NCBI GenBank assembly: GCA_937899865.1
Contig: CALBRH010000060.1
Coordinates: 1-64,000, forward strand
Direction: 5' to 3'
Source of the DNA: an uncultured euryarchaeote
Lineage (GTDB): Archaea; Thermoplasmatota; Poseidoniia; Poseidoniales; Poseidoniaceae
DNA: 64,000 bases
The notes beneath the pieces were generated by a model, which had not been told where the DNA came from, ran no database searches, and saw nothing but the letters and a program-made list of their open reading frames with translations. A program made the translations under genes and the position numbers. This document shows positions 17,401 through 27,320 of the stretch, piece after piece; position 1 is the first letter of the stretch; the number at the start of each line of letters is the position of its first letter.

Positions 17401-18493
17401 ATGAATTAACTGCCGAAATTATTCTTTCAATTTCTAAATCTGTTAATTCATGCATCACCGGTATAGCAACTAACGATTTAGCAAGGTGATTTGTGTTGCT
17501 TAACTCGTCTCCATGTTGTGGATGTTCAGCAAATAATTGCTGTTTGTGACAAGGAATTTGGTAATATCTTCGAGCATCGATTGCATGTTGATCAAGGTGC
17601 TCTACTAGTTGATTAGCATATTTCGTCGAAAGGCAATATTGATGCCACGCATGTCTAGTGTTTGGCCTCACCTTCGGAGTTAGTAAGTGAGGGTGATTGG
17701 TAAATTGTTCATTGTACCTCTGAGCGATAGCTCTACGTCGTTCTACCCACCTATCGAGGTTCTTTAGTTGCTCAATTCCAATTGCAGCAGATACTTCTGA
17801 CATTCTCAAGTTACTTCCTAGTTGCATAGATTCTAAACTTGGTGAACGGCCATGGTTTATCACTCCCTTAACTAATTCAGTCAAATGATCTCGAGTGGTT
17901 GTCAACATCCCCCCTTCGCCACCAACGGCCATATTCTTGGAAGGGAAGAAAGAAAAGCAGCCAATATCACCTAAAGAGCCAGCCATCAATATTTCATTAC
18001 CAGTTGTCTCTAATGCCGCGCCGTGTGCCTGTGCGGCATCTTCGATAAGTGCAATTGATTGCTCTTGGCAGAATTTTATAATTTCTGGATTGTAAATTTG
18101 CCCGTATATGTGGACTGCGATTACTGCCTTGGTTCTCTCGGTTAATGCCGCTTTTATTGAGTCTAGATCTACACACCAATAGTCCGGCTCAACGTCGACA
18201 AAAATAGGTTTTGCACCGACTAATGATATCGCGGTGACTGTCGAAATGAAGGTGTAAGATGGAACTATTACCTCATCGCCAGGGCCAATTTCGAGTATTT
18301 TTAGTGCCGCCCACAGAGAAGATGAGCCATTTTGACAAGGAACCGCGGTTAGTGAACCACAATAATCTGCAAACAGTTCACCAAACTGCTTACCCTTTGG
18401 CCCTTTGACCCAGTGCTTTGAGTCTAAAGTTTCCAACGCCGCCTTACGCATCTCATCATTCCAAGATGGTCTGGCAGTGGGTATCCTTTCCAT
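17387..18493 (-). CDS. DegT/DnrJ/EryC1/StrS family PLP-dependent sugar aminotransferase
   Basis: GPGDEVIVPSYTFIST, AVHIYGQ, IEDAAQAHG, FSFFPSKN (PLP Lys), GSNLRMSE. Confidence 0.9.
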   Translation of the reverse strand: MERIPTARPSWNDEMRKAALETLDSKHWVKGPKGKQFGELFADYCGSLTAVPCQNGSSSLWAALKILEIGPGDEVIVPSYTFISTVTAISLVGAKPIFVDVEPDYWCVDLDSIKAALTERTKAVIAVHIYGQIYNPEIIKFCQEQSIALIEDAAQAHGAALETTGNEILMAGSLGDIGCFSFFPSKNMAVGGEGGMLTTTRDHLTELVKGVINHGRSPSLESMQLGSNLRMSEVSAAIGIEQLKNLDRWVERRRAIAQRYNEQFTNHPHLLTPKVRPNTRHAWHQYCLSTKYANQLVEHLDQHAIDARRYYQIPCHKQQLFAEHPQHGDELSNTNHLAKSLVAIPVMHELTDLEIERIISAVNSFSPV

Positions 18494-18586
18494 GAGCCTC
18501 GCTAAAACTTGGACCTCTAATACTATGTGTATTTATGTTATAATCTTCCGCATTCTTCAATACTATTGACATAATTAGACCCTCTA

Positions 18587-21019
18587 ATGGTGTCCGATGA
18601 TGGGACATCCAACTCCAAAGATTTAGGGGCGGATGTGGACGAGAAAGTTGGCGGTCTAGCAAGGATCGTCGGTGACATTTTCTCAACCGATTCTGCGATG
18701 GCTGAAAGCAGTAAATCCAATGCTAACTTCAAACCAAAAGGCATGTTTCTTGGTAGTCGAAGAGATGATGCAAGGCCAATTGATATCCCCCCACAGGTAC
18801 TTGCCAGACACGCAGCTATGCTTGGTTCAACCGGGTCTGGTAAGACGGTAATGGCCAAGGCGCTAATCGAAGAAGCAGCAATCGCCAAGATTCCTTCACT
18901 AATCATCGACCCTCAAGGGGACTTAGCGAGATTAGCATTGGGCATTGATGAAAAGGATTTGACCGCTCAAGGCGGTGATGTTAGCCGGGCTCGCAAGCTA
19001 CTTGACATGTGCGAGGTAAGAATTTGGACGCCGCTGCGAAGCAAGGGTCTGCCGCTTTGTATCGACCCATTTAGAGCACCTCCGGCTGATTTAGACCCTG
19101 AAGAAGCGATTACTGCTTGGGATATGGTGGCAGCTGGATTTACCAGTTTGGCTGGCTATGATGTTGAAAAAGCCCAAGGAAAAGTCATCAAACCATTCCT
19201 GTATGAAATCTTAGTTGAAGGAACTAAACTTGGTGTTGATGTTGGTGATTTTAGATCATTGGCAAAAGTGGTTAGAGAGCCACATCACGAGTTCATTCGT
19301 CAATTATACCCTCAGTGCTTCGTCGAAGAAGATGAAGATGGCAAGATGGACGTTCCTACATGGGAAGAGGTGATGATCGAATACGGCCTTGCCGACTTTG
19401 AGGAAAGGTTGCCGAAATCTACCAGAAATGACCTAGCAAGACGGTTGTCAGCGTTTTCCTCAGGAGTAAATCAGCTACTATTTTCGAATGGCGTCCCTAT
19501 CGATATTGACTCATTTGTTGAACCGGCAATACCAGGTAAAATACCATTGAATATTGTCTACCTAAATACCATCCAAGATGAGGCGCAGAAGCAATATTTC
19601 GTTCAGGAGTTATCTCGAGAATTATACGATTGGATGTTGACTCAACAACCCGCAGACGGGGAATTAAAACTACTATTCTTCATGGATGAAGTTGCTCCTT
19701 ATCTGCCCCCACATCCTAGAAATCCTCCAGCAAAAGACCTCATCAAACTGATTTTCAAACAGGCAAGAAAATATGGTGTAGCCTGCGTTTTAGCAACACA
19801 AAACGTCAGCGATGTTGATTACAAAATTCTAGCTCAAGCCAATACCACATTCATCGGCCGGTTCACCCAGCCACAAGATGTTGAGAAAGTACGGCATCTA
19901 CTCAAAGAAAGCGGCGGCGACCAAGATTTAGTTGCTCAATTACCCACCCTTGGCCCTGGACAATTCCAGATGGTCGCTCCTGACGTAGACCCTGCACCAG
20001 TTCCTATTCAGTGTCGTTGGTTGTATACCGACCACGGTGCTCCGCTCAATGAAGATCAAGTTGAGGAATTGATTGGTGAAGAGATTCGTGCTTGGGCAAA
20101 AACAAGGTCTGCTGGTAAATCGAAAAACCGTGGCGCTGGTGCGGCAAAGGCTGCCAGCCGTGGCTCTTCATGGAACAAATCTGATGTCAGAGATGAAGTT
20201 GGTCTTGTTGAGGCCGCTCGAATAAAATCAATCGGTGGCATGACTGCTGCTGCACACGGAGTAGTGGATGATTCAGCATTTGAAGTTCGATTAATGGGCG
20301 GACTGGCCGTGCTGAAAGATGGCCGTGACCCGCTTTACACAATGCAAGCAACTGCAAATACTGCCTCAGTAATTGCCCTCGGTTGGACTTTGATTGCTCT
20401 AATGTTAGCCTGGCGGGATAGGGATTTAGATTGGTGGTGGATCTTAGCTGGTGCTGCGATTTCAACAATAACTGGTCTGGTAATTGCGCTTGAAGGATTG
20501 TTGTCACACGATACAGAATTATTGAGAAAATTAACTAAATTCGCCAGAACATTTCAATTATTCTTAGTCGCTTGGTTATGGATACTCGTTTTGTGGTCTG
20601 AATTTGGCGATTTGAATTTGAGAGGGGCGCAGCCGGTCTTGGAAATCGTCGTAGTATGGGTTTCAGTGTTCGCAATTATTGAATTTGTTAATCGCTTTAG
20701 ACTAGGCAAGATACGTTGGAATGGCGGAACTGCATTAGACAAAATCGTTGGGTTTTCAGCTGTATTAACCGGTGCGCAGATTACTGAGATGAAATCTAAT
20801 TCTTCACAAATTATGTCTGGTCTAAGACTTGGGTTGCATTGCTTTACCTTTGTTTGGTTATGTTCACTGTTGATGCTAACTGAGGGTGTATTGCCTGATT
20901 CAGCGACGATTACATCTAATTGGGGAAGGCCAACACTGTGGTTGGCATCGTTATACGGTCTAATTGTCGTCTCAGAGTTGTGGCTTAGAATGCGTGGCCG
21001 TATGCCTGCTGAATATTGA
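18587..21019 (+). CDS. HerA/FtsK-superfamily (DUF87/DUF853-like) ATPase with a C-terminal multi-pass membrane region
   Basis: HAAMLGSTGSGKT, IIDPQGD, FFMDEVAPYLPP, KQARKYGVACVLATQN; about 6 hydrophobic helices after residue ~590. Confidence 0.75.
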   Translation: MVSDDGTSNSKDLGADVDEKVGGLARIVGDIFSTDSAMAESSKSNANFKPKGMFLGSRRDDARPIDIPPQVLARHAAMLGSTGSGKTVMAKALIEEAAIAKIPSLIIDPQGDLARLALGIDEKDLTAQGGDVSRARKLLDMCEVRIWTPLRSKGLPLCIDPFRAPPADLDPEEAITAWDMVAAGFTSLAGYDVEKAQGKVIKPFLYEILVEGTKLGVDVGDFRSLAKVVREPHHEFIRQLYPQCFVEEDEDGKMDVPTWEEVMIEYGLADFEERLPKSTRNDLARRLSAFSSGVNQLLFSNGVPIDIDSFVEPAIPGKIPLNIVYLNTIQDEAQKQYFVQELSRELYDWMLTQQPADGELKLLFFMDEVAPYLPPHPRNPPAKDLIKLIFKQARKYGVACVLATQNVSDVDYKILAQANTTFIGRFTQPQDVEKVRHLLKESGGDQDLVAQLPTLGPGQFQMVAPDVDPAPVPIQCRWLYTDHGAPLNEDQVEELIGEEIRAWAKTRSAGKSKNRGAGAAKAASRGSSWNKSDVRDEVGLVEAARIKSIGGMTAAAHGVVDDSAFEVRLMGGLAVLKDGRDPLYTMQATANTASVIALGWTLIALMLAWRDRDLDWWWILAGAAISTITGLVIALEGLLSHDTELLRKLTKFARTFQLFLVAWLWILVLWSEFGDLNLRGAQPVLEIVVVWVSVFAIIEFVNRFRLGKIRWNGGTALDKIVGFSAVLTGAQITEMKSNSSQIMSGLRLGLHCFTFVWLCSLLMLTEGVLPDSATITSNWGRPTLWLASLYGLIVVSELWLRMRGRMPAEY

Positions 21020-21081
21020 TTGGTAAAAATTAACTGATTGTTGGCTATTTGCTTATAAACTGTATAACTATAGTTGGCTTC

Positions 21082-21582
21082 ATGCAACCACAAGATGCAC
21101 AAATGATGGGGCAAGTAGCCCCTGCAGGAGCCATGGGCCAACAAGTGATTATAGTACAGAATAAAAGCGGTGGACCGAAAGTCTTCGGTATCGTCGCAAT
21201 TATTCTTGGTGGATTAGGTGTTTTAGGCAGTATGCTGAACCTAACTACTGATCTAGAAGGTTTGGATGGTGGCGTCAAAGCAATGTACTATGTTACAACT
21301 CTAATGGGATTGGCTTCAGCCGGTCTGTTTGCCTACGCTGGTGTCTTGCTGATGCAATACAAGAAAGCCGGTGTCTGGTGGGGATTCGGTGCAGTCGGAA
21401 TTACTGTTCTTAGCGGCCTGATTCAAACCTTTTTCGTCGCATCAGCATTTGAAGATGCATTAGGAGAAGATGCTGGTGGATTTATGGCAACTCTAGGACT
21501 AGTTATGGTCGGTATTCAAGCGGTATGTTGCAGCATGATTGTTGCTCTACCTCTGCTAATGAATGGCGCAGACCTTGAGTGA
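21082..21582 (+). CDS. Hypothetical 4-TM membrane protein
   Basis: Four hydrophobic segments; ATG 21082 preferred over TTG 21049. Confidence 0.65.
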   Translation: MQPQDAQMMGQVAPAGAMGQQVIIVQNKSGGPKVFGIVAIILGGLGVLGSMLNLTTDLEGLDGGVKAMYYVTTLMGLASAGLFAYAGVLLMQYKKAGVWWGFGAVGITVLSGLIQTFFVASAFEDALGEDAGGFMATLGLVMVGIQAVCCSMIVALPLLMNGADLE

Positions 21583-21657
21583 AACTCAGTCTGGAAATAG
21601 TCTAAATCCACATCCTCGGATGTGTTGATATACACGAGTGATTCCGTTTAGATTACT

Positions 21658-21744
21658 GCAGAAGTCGCCCAGCTTGGTCAAAGGCGCTGGGATGAGGTCC
21701 CAGTCCGTAACGGTTCGCAGGTTCGAATCCTGCCTTCTGCACCA
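21658..21744 (+). tRNA. tRNA-Leu(GAG), CCA encoded
   Basis: Acceptor GCAGAAG/CTTCTGC+ACCA; anticodon arm CTGGG-ATGAGGT-CCCAG; long variable arm; T-loop GGTTCGAATCC. Confidence 0.95.
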
Positions 21745-21786
21745 ACATGATAGTGATTTATTTACCCTCAAGTCTCTAATACACAC

Positions 21787-24072
21787 ATGAAAGATAGTCC
21801 ATTTGAGCCGGTTGGTGAAAAAAAATACGCTGTTTTAGAAGTAGAAAAACAAAAAAAGAGCCATATAGCGATTGGAATGGTAATGTTGTTGATTTTTGTT
21901 TCAATGATGGCTTATATGATTTCGACAGTAGAAGAAAACAATATGGCAACCAATGAAGAAATGGTAACAGAATTAGGCAACTGGGACACATATTATGTTG
22001 AGAGTGCTGATGGTTTGCCGGTTTGTAATGAAGATACAAATGGAAGATTATACTATGTTGAATCCTCTGAATCTTTTGAAACCTGTACTTCTACTGGATG
22101 GAATACTGTAGAAATTAAGGGTAAAGATGGTGTTGATGGTGTGAATGGACTAGATGGTCAAGCAGGTATGGACGGTCAAGATGTCGATGAAACATACTTA
22201 CAGAATTTAGAAAATGAGCTGTTAAATCTACAATTGGCAATCGCTGATCTTGAAAATCAAAATTCTGAATTAAATGATACTTTAGTTAATGCCACAAGTT
22301 GTCAATTAGTACCGTATGCTTACTGTGTAAATACAAATCTCAGTGGAATGGATCTCTCAGGAATGGACTTGACTGGTATTGACTTACGTGGTGCTAATTT
22401 ACAAAATACAACCTTCGATTACGCAACTTTAGATCGTGCTGATTTGCGCTCAATAGTTGCATTTAATGCTACATTTATTCACACAGGGATGAATAATACC
22501 TACTTACAAAATGCTGAATTCAATAGATATTCTTTTTTTGAATGTGGTGGCTATTGTGGCGGCGAGACTAACCTGAGTAATGCAAAGTTCTTGGATGCCG
22601 TCTTGACCAATGCGGATCTAGATTATGCTAATTTAACCAATGCGGACCTTAGATATACCGACTTGACCAATGTGAACTTCGATAATGCTAATTTAACCAA
22701 TGCGGACCTTAGATATGCCGACTCGACCAATGCGGACTTCTATAGTGCTGACTTGACCGATGCGATGATCTACTACGCCGATATGACGGGTGTAAAGTTC
22801 TTGGATGCTGAATTAACCGGTGCGTCCCTCTGGCGTGCCGACTTGGCTGGTACGGACTTCCGTTATGCTGACTTGATTAGTACCGATTTCGAAGAAGCAG
22901 ACTTGAGCAATGCGCGCCTCAACAGCGCTAACTTAACTGGTGCGGACTTAACGAGAACAGATTTAACCGATGCATCGCTTATGAATACCGACTTGACTAG
23001 TGCACGTCTCTGGGGTGCCGACTTAACCGATGCATTCCTCTACGAAGCCAACTTAACTGATGTGAACTTAAGGAATGCCGACTTAACCGATGCATTCCTT
23101 AAGGATGCTGACTTGACAAATGCAGACTTTGGTTCTGCTATTGTAAAATATGTTGTTTTTGATGGCACTATCTGGGCAAACACAATATGGATTGATGGAG
23201 AAATTTATGATTCACAACCACTTATGATTATGACTGATTGTGAACTTGTACCTTATGCTTACTGTGTAAATGCCGACCTCAGTGGATTAGATCTCTCAGG
23301 AATGGACTTGACTGGTATTGACTTGCGTGGAGCTAATCTACAAAATACAACCTTCGATTATGCCACTTTAGACCATGCCGATTTGCGCTCAATAGTTGCA
23401 ATGAATGCCACCTTTATATACACAGGGATGAACTATACCTACCTACAAAATAGTGAATTCAATAGATATTCTGTTGAATTTTGTGGAGGTTGGTGTGGTG
23501 CGGCTAACTTGAGTTATGCGGGCCTCAGATATTCTGACATGAGTGATACGGAACTAAGAGATGCTGACTTGTATAATGCGGAACTAGCTTTTGTCGACTT
23601 GCGCGGTGCGAGACTCCAAAATGCAAACTTGAGCAGTTCGGTTTTGTTCCATGCCGACTTGAGCTATGCGGCTCTCTATGATGCCAACTTGGCTGATGCA
23701 TCCCTTACGTATGCTGACTTAACCAATGTAGACTTATGGTATGCAGACTTGTCCAATGCGAACCTCTACAATGCTGACTTGACCGGAGCGGACTTCACCT
23801 GGGCCGACTTGACCAGTGTGGACCTCAGAAATGCCGACTTGACCGATGCGACCTTCTGGATTACCGACTTGACCAATGCGCTTCTCAACGGTGCAGACTT
23901 GACCAATGCGTACTTCAAATTTGCCGACTTGACCAATGCGGTAATCGCTGCGGCTGACTTGACCAATGCGAACTTCGCTAATGCGGATGTAACAAATGCT
24001 GATTTTATAAACACTAAATGGTTTAACACAATATGGACAGATGGCGTTGCTTACAATACTAATCAAGCCTAA
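21787..24072 (+). CDS. Membrane-anchored pentapeptide-repeat protein with collagen-like and coiled-coil stalk and two duplicated repeat modules
   Basis: TM IAIGMVMLLIFVSMMAYMI; GKDGVDGVNGLDGQAGMDGQD; A(D/N)LxxA repeats; the cap CxLVPYAYCVN..FNRYS..CGGxCG occurs twice. Confidence 0.85.
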   Translation: MKDSPFEPVGEKKYAVLEVEKQKKSHIAIGMVMLLIFVSMMAYMISTVEENNMATNEEMVTELGNWDTYYVESADGLPVCNEDTNGRLYYVESSESFETCTSTGWNTVEIKGKDGVDGVNGLDGQAGMDGQDVDETYLQNLENELLNLQLAIADLENQNSELNDTLVNATSCQLVPYAYCVNTNLSGMDLSGMDLTGIDLRGANLQNTTFDYATLDRADLRSIVAFNATFIHTGMNNTYLQNAEFNRYSFFECGGYCGGETNLSNAKFLDAVLTNADLDYANLTNADLRYTDLTNVNFDNANLTNADLRYADSTNADFYSADLTDAMIYYADMTGVKFLDAELTGASLWRADLAGTDFRYADLISTDFEEADLSNARLNSANLTGADLTRTDLTDASLMNTDLTSARLWGADLTDAFLYEANLTDVNLRNADLTDAFLKDADLTNADFGSAIVKYVVFDGTIWANTIWIDGEIYDSQPLMIMTDCELVPYAYCVNADLSGLDLSGMDLTGIDLRGANLQNTTFDYATLDHADLRSIVAMNATFIYTGMNYTYLQNSEFNRYSVEFCGGWCGAANLSYAGLRYSDMSDTELRDADLYNAELAFVDLRGARLQNANLSSSVLFHADLSYAALYDANLADASLTYADLTNVDLWYADLSNANLYNADLTGADFTWADLTSVDLRNADLTDATFWITDLTNALLNGADLTNAYFKFADLTNAVIAAADLTNANFANADVTNADFINTKWFNTIWTDGVAYNTNQA
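22621..22740 (+). repeat. 60-nt tandem duplication (one 20-aa pentapeptide coil) within the CDS
   Basis: 22621-22680 and 22681-22740 align with only a few mismatches. Confidence 0.85.
23713..24000 (+). repeat. 30-nt-period coding array: conserved 18-mer GCCGACTTGACCAATGCG alternating with a variable 12-mer
   Basis: About 9-10 units encoding ADLTNA-xxxx. Confidence 0.8.
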
Positions 24073-24153
24073 ATCAATTGTTCTCGCCCCGTGTTGCGAC
24101 CATCAACCTCGTTGTTGCGAATCCTAAAGCAGTATGAATAGTGACATTACATC

Positions 24154-24399
24154 ATGCGCCGAAGGTGGAGTGAGGAGCGGCGAAGCAACCAACAGCAAGC
24201 TGAATGGATTGTTGCCTGGTTACGAGAAAACGGTCCTGCAACCATACGCCAAATTGTTAGCGCTTTGAATGATGCTGGGCGTGAGGTTAAAGCCCATATC
24301 ATTCAGCGTGCGCTCATTAAATCTCCATTCGTGGCCAAGACTGGTGAGACCAGCATCGACGGGGAAATTCATTCCCTCTGGGTATTTTCTACCGACTAA
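24154..24399 (+). CDS. Small winged-helix-like hypothetical protein
   Basis: WLRENGPATIRQIVSAL..IIQRALIKSPFV..WVF pattern. Confidence 0.55.
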   Translation: MRRRWSEERRSNQQQAEWIVAWLRENGPATIRQIVSALNDAGREVKAHIIQRALIKSPFVAKTGETSIDGEIHSLWVFSTD

Positions 24400-24401
24400 G
24401 T

Positions 24402-25841
24402 TCACAGAACCTTGTCGAAGATCCAACCGAAGGTTGAGAAATCTCCTGGACCAAGGTAGAACATGGTCATGAAGATTGCAATACCGTACATGATTGGTCC
24501 TGGCTCGTCGAACTTGCCCATACCCATCTTGATTAGTACGTAGGAGATTACACCCCATGCGATACCATCAGCAATAGAATATGTGAATGGCATTAGTACC
24601 ATAGTCAAGAATGCTGGTAGAACTATTTCCTTGTCATCCCAGTTAATCTCTGTTGCTTGCTTCATCATCATAGCACCAATGACTACTAGAGCACAAGCAG
24701 CAGCGAAAGTTGGAATTGCTTGGAATAATCCAGACAAGAATAGTCCAGATAGCATCAATACACCTACTACTACTGCTGTAAGCCCGGTTCTGCCGCCTTC
24801 TTCAACACCTGCTGCGGATTCAATGTAAGTGGTTGTTGTGCTGGTACCAACTGCTGCACCAACGATTGTTGCTGCTGCATCTGACATGAATGCTTCTTCA
24901 GAGTCAATTAGATTGCCTTCTTCGTCGAGATCGCCTGCTTGGCGGCCTACTGAGTAAAGTGTTCCTGCTGTGTCAAAGATATCGACGAACAGGAAAGCAA
25001 TCATTACGAGCATGAATCCTGCTAAATCATCTCCAATGTCACTAAACGCACCAAATGCTGCTCCAAGGCTTTCCTCAGGCATTCCGACAAAGCCGAAAAT
25101 GTCCTTAGCTACTGGCCAATCTGCAGTGGATGAACCCCAACCTGCGCCACCTGCTGCGAAATCGTTGTAAGGGTCGTAGGCACCTACTGCCCAACCATAG
25201 ACAGAAGCTGCTAAAATACCGTAAATAATTGCGCCTTTGATGCCTCTTGCCATCATAACAGTGATGGCGATTAATGCAACCATGCTGATTAAGGCGCCGT
25301 GGTCGTATCCAAAGCCTTCAGTTGTTGCAAGATTGACTAGTGTTGCACCATCATCTTGAATCCAACCCATCTCTCTTAGACCAATTATGGCCAAGAACAT
25401 ACCAATACCTGCTCCAGTAGCAATCTTTAGGTCTCTTGGAATGGCATTGATCATCTTGGTTCTCCAACCGATTTGTGGCAGAGATATAATTAGGAAAATG
25501 ATACCTTCAATGAATACTGCTGCTAAAGCGACTTCCCATGGAATACCCATGGCAATTACTACTGAGAATACGAAATACGCATTCAGCCCCATACCGGGTG
25601 CTAATGCATATGGTTTGTTAGCCCATAATCCCATAACTACACAACCAACAAAGGCTGCGATAGCAGTTGCAAATAATGCATCATCAAACGGTATTCCTGC
25701 CACAGCCAACATTGATGGGTTAACCACCAATATGTAAGCCATGGTCAGAAACGTCGTCATACCTGCTCTTAGTTCTCCATTCAGCGTTGCTCCTTTTTCT
25801 TCGAACTTGAAATAGTTCGCTATATTCTTTTCAAAACTCAT
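24402..25841 (-). CDS. NCS2/AzgA family nucleobase permease
   Basis: ELRAGMTTFLTMAYILVVNP, ALAPGMGLNAYF, FVDIFDTAGTL, TTTYIESAAGVEEGGRTGL, MPFTYSIADGI. Confidence 0.92.
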   Translation of the reverse strand: MSFEKNIANYFKFEEKGATLNGELRAGMTTFLTMAYILVVNPSMLAVAGIPFDDALFATAIAAFVGCVVMGLWANKPYALAPGMGLNAYFVFSVVIAMGIPWEVALAAVFIEGIIFLIISLPQIGWRTKMINAIPRDLKIATGAGIGMFLAIIGLREMGWIQDDGATLVNLATTEGFGYDHGALISMVALIAITVMMARGIKGAIIYGILAASVYGWAVGAYDPYNDFAAGGAGWGSSTADWPVAKDIFGFVGMPEESLGAAFGAFSDIGDDLAGFMLVMIAFLFVDIFDTAGTLYSVGRQAGDLDEEGNLIDSEEAFMSDAAATIVGAAVGTSTTTTYIESAAGVEEGGRTGLTAVVVGVLMLSGLFLSGLFQAIPTFAAACALVVIGAMMMKQATEINWDDKEIVLPAFLTMVLMPFTYSIADGIAWGVISYVLIKMGMGKFDEPGPIMYGIAIFMTMFYLGPGDFSTFGWIFDKVL

Positions 25842-25958
25842 GTTTTTTAACCCCCCCGTTATAAACGGTTAACTGTTTTATAAATTGGAGGCTCTATATA
25901 GGTTTAGAGAAAAATCGACTGTTTTAAAGAAAAATAGCAAATTTTCCGCGAAGCGAAT

Positions 25959-26471
25959 TTAGTAATGCACAAGTGATTTACAAGGTACTGATAGATTGTT
26001 TCTACCGCTTAAAAAATCCAATTCAATTACGACTGTGCAGCCGACGACCTCGCCTCCAACTTTTTGGCAGAGTTTAATCGATGCTTCCAATGTCCCTCCT
26101 GTCGCAAGAAGATCGTCAACAATTACTACTCTTTGGCCTGCTTGGATTGCATCAGCTTGAATCTGAATTGTATCAGTTCCGTATTCAAGGTCATACTCGT
26201 AACTAACAACCTCGCCTGGAAGTTTGCCTGCCTTTCTTATCATCATCATTGGAAGTCCCATACCTAGGGCTAAAGGTGTGGCAAAAAGAAAGCCTCGACT
26301 TTCAATTCCAGCAATGACATCTGGCTTCCAATCTTTGATTTGGCTATGTAATGATTCGATTACAAATTCCATCGCTTCACTGCTTTTCATAATCGTTGAA
26401 ATGTCATAGAATAAAATACCAGGTATTGGAAAATCCGGAATTCCGCGAATGTGTTCTTTGAGGTCCATCAA
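25959..26471 (-). CDS. apt: Adenine phosphoribosyltransferase
   Basis: IPDFPIPGILFYDI, GIESRGF, RKAGKLPG, YDLEYG, VDDLLATGGT. Confidence 0.95.
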   Translation of the reverse strand: MMDLKEHIRGIPDFPIPGILFYDISTIMKSSEAMEFVIESLHSQIKDWKPDVIAGIESRGFLFATPLALGMGLPMMMIRKAGKLPGEVVSYEYDLEYGTDTIQIQADAIQAGQRVVIVDDLLATGGTLEASIKLCQKVGGEVVGCTVVIELDFLSGRNNLSVPCKSLVHY

Positions 26472-26509
26472 CCAATTGTTTGATTGTCGGTTGATGAATC
26501 TGTCTCTTG

Positions 26510-27265
26510 TTATTCATTCGAAACTGTTGTGCTGGTAATTATTATTGGAACTACTGGGCGATCTGGGTTTACTGTTTCGACTTCAGATAGAGTTGTAATA
26601 TGCTCGCAACCAGAAATTACCTTGCCGAAAACCGTGTGTACTTCATTGAGCCATTCATGTTCAGTAATATCGTCTGGCATAATGAAAAACTGTGAGCCAC
26701 CAGTATTTGGCTCGGCGGTTTTGGCCATTGATACCATACAAGGCAGGTGTCTAAGACCATTCTCTGCTTCATCGGGAAGTGTGTAAAGAGTCTCGCTACT
26801 ACAATCATCAGCCCAATTCATTGATTCGCCATCGCAATAACCATACCATTGAGCAGCATGTCCTCCCAAGCCGTTATTCTTTTCAAAATCCCCACCTTGA
26901 ATCATAAAATCGTCAATGATTCGGTGAAAAGTTACATTATCATACATGCCTGTTTGAGCAAGTCGGCGGAAATTATCTGCGTGATATGGTGCATCTTCGT
27001 GATATAATTCAATGGTAATTGTGTATGTAAGGTTGGCTTCAGTTGTGCTATTTGCATGGATTATTTGCATGGTTACAGTACTATAGTTTCCCTCGAACAA
27101 AGGAATAGGTGTTTTACCAATTATGCATTTTTCGGCGTCCGAATCCCATTTAGTGCCTTCTCCACAGAAACTGCTTCCATCAGCATCGCCAATACAACCT
27201 GGGGTTGCAATAACAATCAAAATCAAAGTAATGATAGAAAATGCCTTCTTATTCTGTCCGTCCAT
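26510..27265 (-). CDS. Cyclophilin-type peptidyl-prolyl isomerase, lipoprotein
   Basis: Lipobox TPGC; FHRIIDDFMIQGGD, SMAKT..GGSQFF, HTVFGKV. Confidence 0.9.
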   Translation of the reverse strand: MDGQNKKAFSIITLILIVIATPGCIGDADGSSFCGEGTKWDSDAEKCIIGKTPIPLFEGNYSTVTMQIIHANSTTEANLTYTITIELYHEDAPYHADNFRRLAQTGMYDNVTFHRIIDDFMIQGGDFEKNNGLGGHAAQWYGYCDGESMNWADDCSSETLYTLPDEAENGLRHLPCMVSMAKTAEPNTGGSQFFIMPDDITEHEWLNEVHTVFGKVISGCEHITTLSEVETVNPDRPVVPIIITSTTVSNE

Positions 27266-27320
27266 GACACGCCTAATTGCTTGGCGTTTTTAACCATAAT
27301 ACTGGTTTAGTAAATCAAAA

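Noticed and set aside
23713-24000. CRISPR-like repeat/spacer periodicity
   Set aside because: The 18-nt repeat and 12-nt spacer are too short, lie in frame within a CDS, and no cas genes are present.
21658-24150. tRNA-Leu as attachment site of an integrated element
   Set aside because: No integrase and no duplicated tRNA 3' end were found in the window.
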